Below, piece after piece: positions 12,728-24,750 of a stretch of DNA of 64,000 bases. The notes beneath the pieces were generated by a model. That model ran no database searches and was not told the DNA's origin. It saw only the letters and a list, made by a program, of their open reading frames with translations. The translations under genes were made by a program, and so were the position numbers. Position 1 is the first letter of the stretch. Each line of letters starts with the position of its first letter. The DNA comes from Macrostomum lignano (taxonomy: Eukaryota), in the NCBI GenBank assembly GCA_002269645.1, contig NIVC01003058.1:1-64000 (forward strand). Direction: 5' to 3'.

Positions 12728-15700
12728 ATGGAAGGCCTCCCACCAGAGCTACTGCAGCAGTTGATGCAGTATTTACCAGCCAGTGACTTGTTCAGCTTCT
12801 GCTTGGCAGTACCAGCAGCCACTGGCCTCCCAGTAAATCAACTCACATTTGGTTTGAGCTGTAGCTTGATGCAGCTTGCCCAGCTTCAGAAGTTACTCAG
12901 ACTGGTCAGTTGGCGGTATCAGCTTCGTTGCATGGAGCTGCTGCACCGGCCCGATGTCACTCAATGGCAGCTGCTGCGCTGCCTCCTTCATCGGCCAATT
13001 TTCAGCCTATCAGTTCTCCGCCTCGCCTGCCTCGAGCTCGAGCCTGGTTCCGCCCGGCTGTCCTGGCTGCTTGCCCGAGTTCCCAGTCTCCGAGAGCTGC
13101 GCATCCGACTGCATAGCCTGTCGGACTGGTGCAACTGCCAGCCAAAAGCTCAACTGCCCGAGCTCACTCACCTGCAGTTGCATCTGAGCTCGGTGTCATT
13201 CAGATTCGATTCGCACTCTTTGTCCGATCAGATTGGCGTTCACGCGCCCAAACTGGACTGCCTCGAGCTGCATCTGGCCGCATTCAGTCGTCAAGGGTCG
13301 CGGCAACAGGGGAACAGCCGGCAGCAAACAGTTGGCCCAGTCCACTCCGGTTTGCTGCTGCGCTTGCTGCTTGGCGAGCTGGCGATCCGAGCTCAATTCC
13401 GGTTGGTTGCCAGCGGACTGCGATACCTGGCGGTGACACCGGCGCCTCCAACTGAAAATTCGGAGTCCTTGGCTCGTCTGGCCAGTGATCGGGCTGGATT
13501 GGAGCACTGCCGCCGACTGGAGAATGGTAATAATAATAAAGCAGCCTCTAGTAATAGGCTTGTTTGAGAGAAGACCTCTTAAAACCGAGTATTTAGCTAC
13601 GAATATAACACCACGAGTGTTACCCACAAAGGTCAGAAAGTAGATACACGTGTATGAAAAGTAAAAACTGCGACTCAACAAAAAAGCAGAGCTTCATTTC
13701 TTCCGGTTCTGATTTAAAACAAATCGAAGGGCGAGCGATAGCGCTTTTCCAAGCTTTATTTTAGTGTTTTTTTGTTAGCCAGAAGAGCTTGAGAAGCAAT
13801 GAAAAGAAGGCTATATGGATAGCCAGGGATAAGACACATCCTTAATTAATGAATGCAATACAAGATTTGCGAATATAGGACTCCTGTTTTCTTAAGTCGT
13901 TCTTGTATGCTAGATCTGCCCTGACTTATATGCACGCACTTAGTCAATGTATAAGCATATACTGTGTCGTGGAACATTAGAGATTTGACCAATGCATCGT
14001 CACATCCTTGCATGATGGATGTGGAACTTCAAAACTTGGCTAAATTCAGATTAATTTGTGCTGTCCCGCAGCTTTTATACTTTATCGTCACACTAGCAGC
14101 GGCATTGGCGTCGATGATGCAGCTGAGGTTCTGCGCGATCCGTTCACTGGAGCTGTTGTTACAAGCTTGGACGCCGCAATTAAGAAAACATCAACCGATG
14201 AAAACGTTGGTAGGCAACTAGCCCAGACTGAGACTTTAGTACTTCTACGTTCAATGGACTCTTCGAATGAGCAAAATTTCTGTCTAACTTCATCATTGTT
14301 TCCGTTGTCCTGGCCAACCTGTCTGCGCGACCTGACTGTTGGTTTCGTAGACTTTGCCAGACTCGCCAATTCGAATATTCAACTGTCTGAACTGCAGCGT
14401 CTTCAACTGCAGTCGTCTGATGCCGATAAAGATTATCAGCTGGTTTCGTTGGATTTTACAGCTCTGGTGCCGAATGTTCGCCATCTGCTGTTGGACATGA
14501 CTGCGTCTTCTGGCGGCGGCGGCGGCCTGCATACCCGTCGATGTATTCGTCGTCTGCCCAACGGGCTTCGATCGTTGCGACTGTCGCTGGCGAGCCTGCT
14601 GGACCTGCGGGCTGGCGACTGGTTGCTGCCGTCATCGTCGGCGCTTGCGGACGTTGAAGCCGGTTAGTTTTGAAGAGGATGCGTATTTTACTACTTATAG
14701 TTATGCATACTACTAGTATACTAGTTATTTAAAGTTAGCTAAAATATTGTAGTTATGGGTATGCTGATGAGCATGCTAATGCTCCAAAGAGCCTGTCGCT
14801 TCCATTAGCGCCCACCGTCGGGGAGCCAACAAAGAATGGAATAAAACGTTTTGAATAAACTTCATGTAGCTTCTCACCTTAGTCTTGACATCTCAGCAAT
14901 TCAGCAAGTAGGCCTTGACATCTCAGCAATCCAGCAAGTAGGCCTTGACATCTCAACAATCCAGCAAGTAGGCCTTGACATCTCAACAATCCAGCAAGTA
15001 GGCCTTGACATCTCAACAATCCAGCAAGTAGGCCTTGACATCTCAGCAATCCAGCAAGTAGGCCTTGACATCTCAACAATCCAGCAAGTAGGCCTTGACA
15101 TCTCAACAATCCAGCAAGTAGGCCTTGACATCTCAACAATCCAGCAAGTAGGCCTTGACATCTCAACAATCCAGCAAGTAGGCCTTGACATCTCAACAAT
15201 CCAGCAAGTAGGCCTTGACATCTCAACAATCCAGCAAGTAGGCCTTGACATCTCAGCAATCCAGCAAGTAGGCCTTGACATCTCAACAATCCAGCAAGTA
15301 GGCCTTGACATCTCAGCAATTCAGCAAGTAGGCCTTGACATCTCAGCAAGCACCGTACGCAAGCAACAAAGTCCCTCGAGGATATCTTATACTGCAATCG
15401 TTACTCTCTGAGTAAGGGGTGTTAGACGCGCCGGAGGGTGCCGCTGTACATATCGCTGTACTTTGGCGGGGGGTTGAGGTGTGGGGGTGTTGGCCGCGCC
15501 GGCCAGCTTAAAGCCTCTGCACCCGGCCCGGCTTGGCTCCGCCGCCATCCGCTTTTCGCAACTGACTTTGTCTCGTTTGGCTCCTTCCGGCGTGTTTAAA
15601 TGTACGCAAAGGAAAAGGGGGGAGAAAGGAAGGAACAAGCAAGCAATGGGTGACGCGTCGCGACAATATGAACATCCCTTCCCCTGCGCTTCCATTAACC

Positions 15701-16648
15701 TCTCTCACACAACTCAACACAGCTTCACTGTAGGTCATCACAATGGATAAATAATCAGCGGTCCCAGTGCGTGACAACGATTGTCTTGCGAGCGCCGGTA
15801 GGCGCGAGCCATAGACACAAATCGTCACGTGCTGCGACCGCTGATTCTTTGCATTGTTTTTCTGTTTGACGATCCTACAGACAATGCATTGTTTATAGTA
15901 ATGGATTGTTCTGCATTAAAAATGTGAATAATGATCGTCAAATTGCTAAAAAATGATAATTACGCCACTGCTAATACTGATGATGGTCATGAGAATGATG
16001 CTGCATGGAGTATCACAGGGCGCGCTTTAGGGCCTCGTGCGAAAACATTGGCCCGAAAGCTTGCACCGCGTCAGCCAGCAATCAGTCGAAAAGCGCTGAG
16101 TTCGCGCCCTGTTGGTAGGGTGCCTGCAGCGTCAGCAGCAGCACCTGAACCATCAGAGCTATGAGTAGTAAGAATCGATTATGAGTAGTAAGAATCGATA
16201 CATACGTGTACGTCAATAATTTTACCCGCTTTCATCCGCAGGCAAATCCAGCGAGCTTCGCATCCTTTCGATTGCATGTCGCTTTGTCGCAGCTTCCGAT
16301 CTTCGCATGCTGTCAGAGACGGCACAGCGACTGTCGCAGGGTCTCAACTGTTTGACCTTGTCAGCTAATGCTTGCGACATCTCGGGTAGAGAGCTTCGCC
16401 AATGGTTGCTTAGCAACGATAGACTGCCGCCAAAGCTGCGACTGCTTTGCCTCGACGTGCCGGCGGCCCAGACAGCGCTAAGAATTCCCCGCGGTGGCGG
16501 CAGTGGCGGTGGCGGTGGCGGCAGAGCAGTCAGTTTGCGGCCGCATCAACCCGACGACTGCTGCGGCTGGCTTGACGGTGTTGATCGTCAGCGACAACCT
16601 GCGGGCCACCGCGTGTCGGCGATCTGCTCTGGTGGCATCTGCTGCTGA
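12728..16648 (+). CDS. F-box/leucine-rich-repeat protein, 3 exons (12728-13526, 14072-14662, 16242-16648), ~598 aa
   Basis: N-terminal F-box motif LPPELLQQLMQYLPASDLFSFCL; LxxLxL repeats in all three exons. Donors GTAATA (13527) and GTTAGT (14663) and acceptors CCCGCAG (14071) and TCCGCAG (16241) are all phase 1 and join in frame (1797 nt). Confidence 0.8.
14805..15350 (-). mobile_element. Helitron-like 3' end plus 30-bp minisatellite (CTTGACATCTCAACAATCCAGCAAGTAGGC x ~15, 14884-15347), in F-box intron 2
   Basis: Minus strand CCCCGACGGTGGG hairpin then CTAA|T (14805-14808). The ~80-bp flank is shared with 30653-30760. Confidence 0.6.
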
Positions 16649-16880
16649 CTTTAGGGTTGCGTAGACCTGTACATGTCGTTCTTAAACAATATCTATGCAA
16701 AAGAATCGATCTTTCACGCAATCTTTCAATAGTGTCAAATTACCGTGAATTTAATTCGTTCGCATTTATAGCAGATTAAAATATAACCTAGCAAGTTGTG
16801 TAATTTTTTTCGATGTGCCACACTGACAGAAATCATTAAAATGCTACTTCACGTTGTACTTTGTGACAAGTCGTTTCAAT

Positions 16881-17188
16881 CATGAAGGAAAGAATAGAAT
16901 ATAGTGCTAATCTGAGCCAGTTATTTTGTCTTGCTCGATTTTCACTTTTAGCATCCTTTCCCCCCGTTCCTTCCTATTGACTGAAAGCATATTTGATGCG
17001 AGCTCGTACTATTCTGGGACAGACCTTTCAGAGGGGAACGAAAACGAAAACGAGACGAAAAAGACTTTGTCTATGACAGTCACGAGCCAATAGGAAGGAA
17101 CGGGGGTGAAGGGATGCTAAAAGTGAAAATCGAGCGAGACAAAAATAACTGGCTGAGATTAGCACTCCATTCTATTCTTTCCTCCATG
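16881..17188. mobile_element. MITE with ~100-bp terminal inverted repeats, CATG termini and near-perfect 8-bp TSD (P- or hAT-like)
   Basis: 16881-~16978 is the reverse complement of ~17089-17188; flanks GTTTCAAT (16873-16880) and CTTTCAAT (17189-17196). Confidence 0.8.
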
Positions 17189-17332
17189 CTTTCAATTGGA
17201 TTGAGTGAGGAACCTTCAGAAAAATGCATGTCTATGATCCCAAGTATATAAATGGCATTTGTTGATTATAATTTGACCCCAAGTACACTAAATGTAGCTA
17301 GAAAAATTCCAGTTTAGCCATAGCCATCCGCC

Positions 17333-20300
17333 ATGGGCACCGTGAGCCAATCCCTGTTTCTCTTACGCACTCAACTAGCGCTGAAGTCCTGGAATCTGGT
17401 GCTGTTTCTGCCACTGCTGCTCCTAACTCTGTTTAGCATCCAATGGAACCACTTGCTTATTAGCGGTTGGTTACATGCGCGCGGCAAAGGTAGGCTGACG
17501 GGAATAACCGGTTACAAGATTAGTCAAGCTCAGCCAAGTATAATTTACACGGATCAATTATCTTCTACGACGCTGAGTTTTACGCTGAGCATGCTGAAGA
17601 GCATGGATTCAAATCTGAAAGAGAATCAGGCCCATTGGAAGTGTGCGAATTGGGACTCGTGCGTATCAAATCTTTATTCAAACATGATGCACAACAATGA
17701 AAAGCGGCAGAAATTTTTTATTGATTACGACAGAAAAGCTCTTGTTTGTCCGGCTACTTACGCCAGCGAACTTTACTGCTCGTTCTTTGGCAGCATTTTC
17801 TTCTACTCCAGCGCCACTGAAGACGCTACAGACTGGTTTCAGAACTACAGCATGTTTCATCTGACCTCGGATGCCAGCGATATTAGCGAGGAATCAACGT
17901 CTAAAAATTTTTGTCAAGCAGATAGAAACTACTTCTTTTATTTGCCTAAACTACTTTGCTTTCTGTCAATCCTAGTAATGACAATTTTCTGCTTCTACTT
18001 CTTATTAACCACAATTTCTTGCATCGTGAAGCTCAAAAGCTGCGGCTTTCTGCAGCTGATGATTCGCAAGGGCCTATCGCCAGCGTCTTACTGGGCCTCT
18101 GTGTGGCTCTGGACAAGTGCAGAGGTGCTTCTACTATCTATCTGCATGACGCTGTCGTTCTACATTCAGTGTCCCGGTTTCTACTCTCCGGAGCGCGTGT
18201 ACCTTATTGCAGTGCAAACAGGGTCTTTCCTGTACTGCGCAGCGTCATTCATGCTACTTTTAACTGTTCTAACTAACAACTACTACGCAATCTGTAAGGG
18301 TACGATAACCTACGTAATCGCAGTTGGAGTGCTCATAATTAGTAACCGACTGGCTCAAGAATCACTGGAATTCGTCGGCTTAAAGCAGCTACAAATGGGT
18401 CTGCTTCTGTTGCCGTGCGGCAACTTTGCCGAACAGCTGCAAGCCAATCTGGTTGGCCAAGTGAATCCTAAGATCGAGAATAAATTTCATGCGACAGGTG
18501 TTCTAATTAATGTATTGTTTTCTGCTGTAAATATCTTACTGACGCTCTTTCTGGACTACGTTCTGACCACGGGCAATGCGCTGCGTTATTCCCCTATTTT
18601 ACGGGTCTGCACGGCGGCGCCAGGTTTCGACCTGCCAGACATGTTCAAACAGCAACCTGGCATTGAGTTTCTTGAGAACAATGATATCATAGTCAGATAT
18701 GCTAAAGTGTCTTGCAAGCCGCTGACGAACGATGCCGATCATAATGAAGCGCAGACTGGACAATTTTCTGGTAAGTCTTTATTGCCGTTCCTGTATTCAT
18801 GAAACTTCAGAAGTGTCAAACTAACTCACAATTTGGTAGCGCAATTCTTGACGCAGTTCATTAGGTATCATTCTACGCTCGTATACTGCAGTCGATAGTT
18901 CGTACGTGCTAAGGCAATTCTGCACACTAAGTCACAGTTCCCTGAGCAATCCTACATTATTACCTTACGTTATATAATCTCTATCGCTTACCATGCACCA
19001 GCATGCTCAATAAACTTTACACAGCAATTTTTTATTTATTCTTCACAGTTGACCTGTACGACAGTCAAATCACGGCGGTAATCGCTGACGACGCCAGCAA
19101 GGTGAACGAATTTCTAGGAGTGATGACAGGTGCCCAGCCTGTCACGAGCGGCAGTCTCTGGATTGATGGCAGAATAGCTGCCAACAGCCGAAACAGGCCG
19201 TTATCGCAGACCCGAGTCAGCGTGTGCCCAGCGGAAGATGCTCTGTGCAACAACCTGACAGTCCTGCACACCCTCCAGATGGCGCTCGTAAGCAGAGGCA
19301 TGAGTTGGATCAAGTGCGAGCGGGACATTCACCCAACTCTTGCTCTGCTGCGTCTCGTTGACATTCTACCTCGTCGGGTTTCCAGTTTAAGCGCCGGTCA
19401 AGCCCGCAATCTCAGCATCGCCTGCGCACTACTAGGCAATCCGAAATTGGTGGTGCTGTTCGAGCCAACTCGTCACCTTGACCCAGCGTCGCGACAGAGA
19501 CTGTGGCGCCTGCTCGAGGAGCACCGAATCCAACAGCGTTGCATTGTTGTCGGCGTAGCGGCTCATTCGCCCGATGAGATTAACGAGATGGAACGGCGGG
19601 CCAATCGTTTGATACTATTATCGTCACCGAGTGGTCAGAATATCGCTAGCGCCGGCTCGTCCCAGTATATGCGGCTGGCCGCCAACTTTGAGCTTATCGT
19701 CCAGGCGCGCCTTCGAGATCCCAGCCGGGGCGAGAGCGCGCTTGAGAAACTTCGTTCCCAATTGTCGTCAGTATTGAATGGTCAAATTCAGTTAACACTC
19801 GAGAAGGAGCTGCTTTCGGCGCACTTCGATAGTCGCCTGACAGGCAGCGATGACAACCTGACGATGAAAGTAATAAAAGCCTTCAAAAGTATAGAACAAG
19901 ACGTTGAAAAGATTTCTCTGAAGCGGCTGACTTTGACTGAACTGTACAACCGGCTCAGAAGAGTGAATACTGGGAAGATTGACAGTCTGTTTCTAAATGG
20001 TCGTCAAAACAGAAGTTCGTCTGGCATCCACTCCAAGAACATCGAGGCAGACGATCTGTTTAAAAACAGCGGCGATCATTTTGATAGCGAATTATCTCAA
20101 AGAAGAAGCATTCCCAAAAACTCGGAAACTACTTTTTTCGGAGCTGTCCGAGGAATTTGTCGCTTCAGCTGTCTGCTTCATCGCCGAAGTTGCTGTCGAA
20201 TATTTTGTCAGTGTATCTTTGTGCCAATATTTTTACTCGGCTTTTTCGCTGCGCCTCTCCTTATAGAGAAAGCATGGCTAACGAAGCTTAAAGTTTCGCG

Positions 20301-23300
20301 AAATATCTCCAATCTGCCAGTTAAGAAATTCACCAGAGGCGTCTGCATTTACGACAACGATGTGCCGTCAAAGTACAAGATTGATCAGTACAGGTGCGGC
20401 ATGTTGCTTACAGGATCTGTCATCGCCGGGAACAACTACATAGTCATTCCAAAGCAGTGGAACACGCAACTGTACAGTTACCTTCAGACGCCGGCTGTAT
20501 TAAAACAAATTCACAAGCATTGCACTGCAGTCAAACAAAACGAGCTGCCTTGCCCAGTTGCGTACGCGAACTCGTGGAGCAGAACTAGCTTGAATTACGA
20601 TCGGCAGCTGGTTATCGGATCTTACGGCGTCAATAGTCATCCGGACTTCTCTACCGCATCAGCCTTCATCGCGTCTTTATCAGCTATGAAATATTTCATG
20701 CCAGCAGTGAAAACGACCGCAAACTTTCACATTCTAATCGTGAATGACTATCGCAGCGTGGCGCTGCCTCTGCTAGGTCAGACATCTCAGCTGTTTATCG
20801 TCTGCGTTCTGCCAGCTTACTATATTAATGATTTACTACAGCAAAGATCCGTGAAGTGGCCCTCATTTCTAGTCTCTGTGGGAGTCAGTCCAGCAAGATA
20901 TTTCATTGGCCAGCTGCTTATGCTCTGGCTGCAATACGCTCCAGTGTACTGTCTAGCTATCATAGTACGAATGGTCATTAATCCAGTAGTATACGGTTCT
21001 AAATATCAATGGCTGGTGTGTTTTCTGACAGTCACCTTCGGTTTGATGAATAATCTACTACTGGTCTATCTTCTCAGTCTCATAATACCGAGTGTTTTAA
21101 GAAGACTACTTCCAACTGCCTATCTAATAGTATCGATACTGATAAGCAGTTTTTCCATAATTTTGCCATCGGTATTTCCGCTAAGCCTGTCCATGATAGT
21201 TGCTCTGCCACCTTTTGCCACAGGAATGCTTTCATACTATAGCACCAAAGTGTATCGTTACTCATTAGAGTTTTTCAACTTTATTAACGACGGCGCTGAT
21301 AGTTCGCGGTTTAGATTGGCTGCCTACACGGAGCGGCACATTCTGGCGTGCCTAATAGTTATTCCCCTCCACTTCGCAACACTCACAGCCGTAATTTTGC
21401 TTATGCCACTTATCAAAAAGAATCTTTGCTATAAAAGTACCGGTGCTAATGCGAAAAACAATGTGTCAATAATGCAGAACGCTACCGGTGGTTATCACAA
21501 TACTATGAATGCAGACTACTCTAGAAACTTCAACAGCCAGCAGGGGAACTCTGTAGTGGAGGTTCAGCAACTGACTAAGTATTTTAGTCCCAGTATCTGC
21601 GCAGTTCACGATGTAAACTTGGACGTTAAATCAGGCAAAGTGCTGACTTTCGTTGGGTCAACAGGATCCGGTTTGTCAACCGTGGTGTCGGCGATTGCCG
21701 GTCGGCTAACTCCAAGCAGTGGCGAGTGTCGGGTTCGTAGCGGCGCTTCGGGCCGCTGGGTGTCCGGTCCAGCAGTAAAATTCAAGCAGGCTGTGGCCTA
21801 CTCGCCGCATCGCAGCCCTCTGTTCAAACTTGCCACAGTTGTTGAACATGCTCTGTTCTACTCTAACTTGCTCGGCGTGTCTTTCGAACGATTGGCCCAG
21901 CTGCTAGAAGATTTTCGCCTGGTCCAATGCAAGAACAAGCTTGTTAGTCAACTGTCGGTTGGTCAGAAAAGGCGATTGGGCCTAGTGATTGCTCTGATGA
22001 AGAACGAGACTATCCTGTTTATAGCTGATGATGTTTCTACTGGTGTTACCTCTCCTAAAGATATGAACATCATGCGATCAATTTTACAGAACGGCACGGA
22101 AAATATGACCTTGATAACAACGTCGCACGATTTGAATGTAGCAGCGCAGGCGCCATCGTTGGTTGGACTGATTAACCAGGGCGGGCTAATGTGCGTTGAT
22201 ACAATGAGTGATATCCGGGAAAGGTGCGTAAAAAGATTTTGGTTGTATCTCTATCTGAAGTGTTTTGTCTATAGTTATACCCACGTAGCGGTAATTAAAT
22301 TCAAAATGGGAAATACTTAAGAAACTAAAAGATCTAGAATAGAGCGCCCGAAGCATGGATCAAACCGAACGTACATGTACATGTATGTACGGTACATTGG
22401 GTTTCTCGGCGTTTCTCGTCGACTAGGTTAAACTTTATTAACGACAGGTAAACACTATAGGAGATATCAGTTTACCCGAGATTTTTAACAGTCTGCTAAA
22501 ACCCGTCCCTCAGGCCGAATTCCGGTTTGGTGGGAGACCCCCAATTCACGAACTGGCAAAAACAATCGGGTTTATAAAAGCATTATTAGTTGGTTAGCGA
22601 TATTAGATTCACACAAATAAAATGCATACGAGTAAAAAATCTATCAACCTGATTACTTGAACAAAAATAAATCAAGCCTGTATTCCCTAAATGTTTTTAT
22701 CAGGGGTTGTTAGCATAGAGGGTTGTAAGCCTAGTGGTGAAACCATCGGACTCACGACTTTAAGGTCGTGAGTTCGATTCCTGATCCCATTAGAACAATT
22801 TGTGTATTTGAGGAAGACACTTAACTTCCTCAACACTTTGGTTCAGTTTAAACAGCTGTCAAATGGATGCCAGCGATTTTTGGCAGGTGTAATCCGTTAT
22901 TATTATTATTGTTATCATCATTTTATCAGATTTCCAAGCAAGCGGAAGATGTGCGTGTCTGCAAACTCTGACATTGATTAAATGATACCGACCTTTATGG
23001 TGCTCCGCTCCCGTGCTTCAGTTGACGCCCAACCTCTTGATTGATTGTTTCATTTTCAATTAATCTTTTTATCCGTTATTTCCCAATGATTAGCTTAATA
23101 CGAGTACATGTACTTCAAAACCCGTAACCCGATTTCAAATTCAGTTTGAGTCTCTACATTCTGGAGATCGAGCTGTCAGCCAAAGGCATCTCGACGCACG
23201 AGGACACTAAAGTCGATATACTTCGTAGAATTTTGGCGCGATTCTACGAAACCAACGTCCTGGATCAGACAGTGTCCTGGATGAAGATTGCTTTGCCCGA

Positions 23301-23517
23301 GCAGAGCGTGGAACCGGCAATCGAGTCCATCAACTGGCTGCTGCAGCTGAAGTCCAATCTCGCAACCGTCATCTCCGACCTGCTGTTCTATCCGGCCTCA
23401 GATGACCAGCTGCTTGAGTACGTTTTCGAGACTCACGAGAAGCAGTTCAGAAAGCAGCCAGAAAGAGGCTTGGAGGCTTCGCCACTGGTTGAACTGCCAG
23501 AGTTTTACGATGTATAA
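17333..23517 (+). CDS. ABCA-family full transporter, paralog 1 (exons 17333-18770, 19049-22223, 23145-23517; ~1661 aa), both NBDs strongly degenerate
   Basis: TMD-NBD-TMD-NBD layout. GT-AG introns of phase 1 (18771 GTAAGT…CACAG 19048) and phase 2 (22224 GTGCGT…TTCAG 23144) restore the frame. Signature-like LSAGQ and LSVGQ; C-terminal regulatory-domain exon homologous to paralogs 2 and 3. Confidence 0.88.
22705..22885 (+). mobile_element. tRNA-derived CORE-type SINE in ABCA-1 intron 2
   Basis: tRNA-like head with B box GAGTTCGATTCC, then TTGTGTATTTGAGGAAGACACTTAACTTC…CAGCTGTCAAATGG; homologous to 60945-61190. Confidence 0.7.
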
Positions 23518-24010
23518 CTCATAAATGTTTAACATAAAGTAAATATTTGACTTTTAGTCGCCACTCGCAGTAAAAAAATGCACAGAGACTGTAGTTTGTT
23601 TAACCAATTGGTGTGTAAATCTGCATACGCCTCCAAAAAATTATTTGTATATATTCTCCGTAACTGGTCCAACGTACGGGCTGGTAATTTCATAATTTTC
23701 AGAGCTATCTTAGTCCAGCAACTTTGTGGCGGCCCAATCAGCACGCAGCCAGCGATTGCGAGTACATCTGCACTGAAACCCCCTGCCCGCCAGGCTGGGG
23801 GGGTGGGTGTACTCGGGCAGACAGTCAGTATGCTAAGTCGGGGGGGGTTGGCCTTCAATCGTGCCACCTTTTTGGCGCACCTCCCCATGTGATCGCGTGC
23901 TTATTTATACTTACCGCGTAAAGCAAATAAACTTTCACGTTTCTCGCTTGCAACTTACTTCGTTTTCGCAAGCCGCTAAATTGGTGAGCCCGACATAGCT
24001 ATTTCGTACA

Positions 24011-24733
24011 ATGGCTTCCAACACAGAGGCAGCTGTCTCTCTCAAACTGCCCACGTTTTGGGCAGCTCAACCCCGCCCATGGTTCATTCAAGCCGAAGCC
24101 CAGTTTTCTCTGCGCGGAATCACTCAAGATGCGACCAAGTACAACTACTTGGTGGCAGCGCTCGACCAGCAAACGGCTGAACGCCTCCTCGACATTTTAG
24201 AGGCTCCCCCAGCAGAGGGCAAGTACGAGACGCTGAAGCAACGTCTCAAAGGCACCTTCGACTTGACGAGGCAGCAGAGAGCCAGTCGCCTGCTCAACAT
24301 GACCGGCCTCGGTGATCGGCGGCCCTCAGAACTCATGGATGAGATGCTCGCCCTGCTGGGAGACCACCCACCGTGCCTACTCTTCGAAGAGTTGTTCCGC
24401 CAGCAGCTGCCGCCGGACGTGCGCATGGCCATGGCAACCGCCGACTTCGCGGAGCCTCGGCAAGCAGCGCGGCTCGCCGACAGGCTGTGGGCCAGCAGGC
24501 CGCAGTTCACCGCTGCCTCCGTCCAGCAGCCAGCGGTGGCGACCTCCCCACCGCCTGACCAGCCGGCGGTGGCTTCGGCCAGCAGGAGCAGCCGCCCGGC
24601 CCGGCAGCATCGGCCCCCACAGCGCGGTCAGGACAGCGGGCTGTGCTTTTATCATCGCCGGTTCGGCGCGAAGGCCCATCGCTGCGAGGCACCCTGCAGC
24701 TTCCAGGGAAACTGGCAGGCCGGCCGTCAGTGA
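24011..24733 (+). CDS. gag: Gypsy Gag (240 aa)
   Basis: [22 protein letters not shown]-terminus and a C-terminal [18 protein letters not shown] Cys/His motif, typical of this gag class. Confidence 0.92.
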   Translation: MASNTEAAVSLKLPTFWAAQPRPWFIQAEAQFSLRGITQDATKYNYLVAALDQQTAERLLDILEAPPAEGKYETLKQRLKGTFDLTRQQRASRLLNMTGLGDRRPSELMDEMLALLGDHPPCLLFEELFRQQLPPDVRMAMATADFAEPRQAARLADRLWASRPQFTAASVQQPAVATSPPPDQPAVASASRSSRPARQHRPPQRGQDSGLCFYHRRFGAKAHRCEAPCSFQGNWQAGRQ

Positions 24734-24750
24734 ACAGCTCGGCGGCCGGC
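24706..24750 (+). promoter_or_regulatory. Programmed -1 ribosomal frameshift signal
   Basis: G GGA AAC heptamer (24706-24712) in the gag frame, 6-nt spacer, 10-bp stem GCCGGCCGTC/GGCGGCCGGC (24719-24750). Confidence 0.8.

Noticed and set aside
14884-15347. Regular ~30-bp repeats (also 57895-58590) as possible CRISPR arrays
   Set aside because: Head-to-tail units with no unique spacers, no cas genes, and a eukaryotic context.
14851-15411. 186-aa repeat protein (LDISTIQQVG)n, and similar ORFs at 30810-31190, 44261-44882, 58644-59051 and 63591-63987
   Set aside because: These are minisatellites with unit lengths divisible by 3, open in several frames and mostly inside introns.
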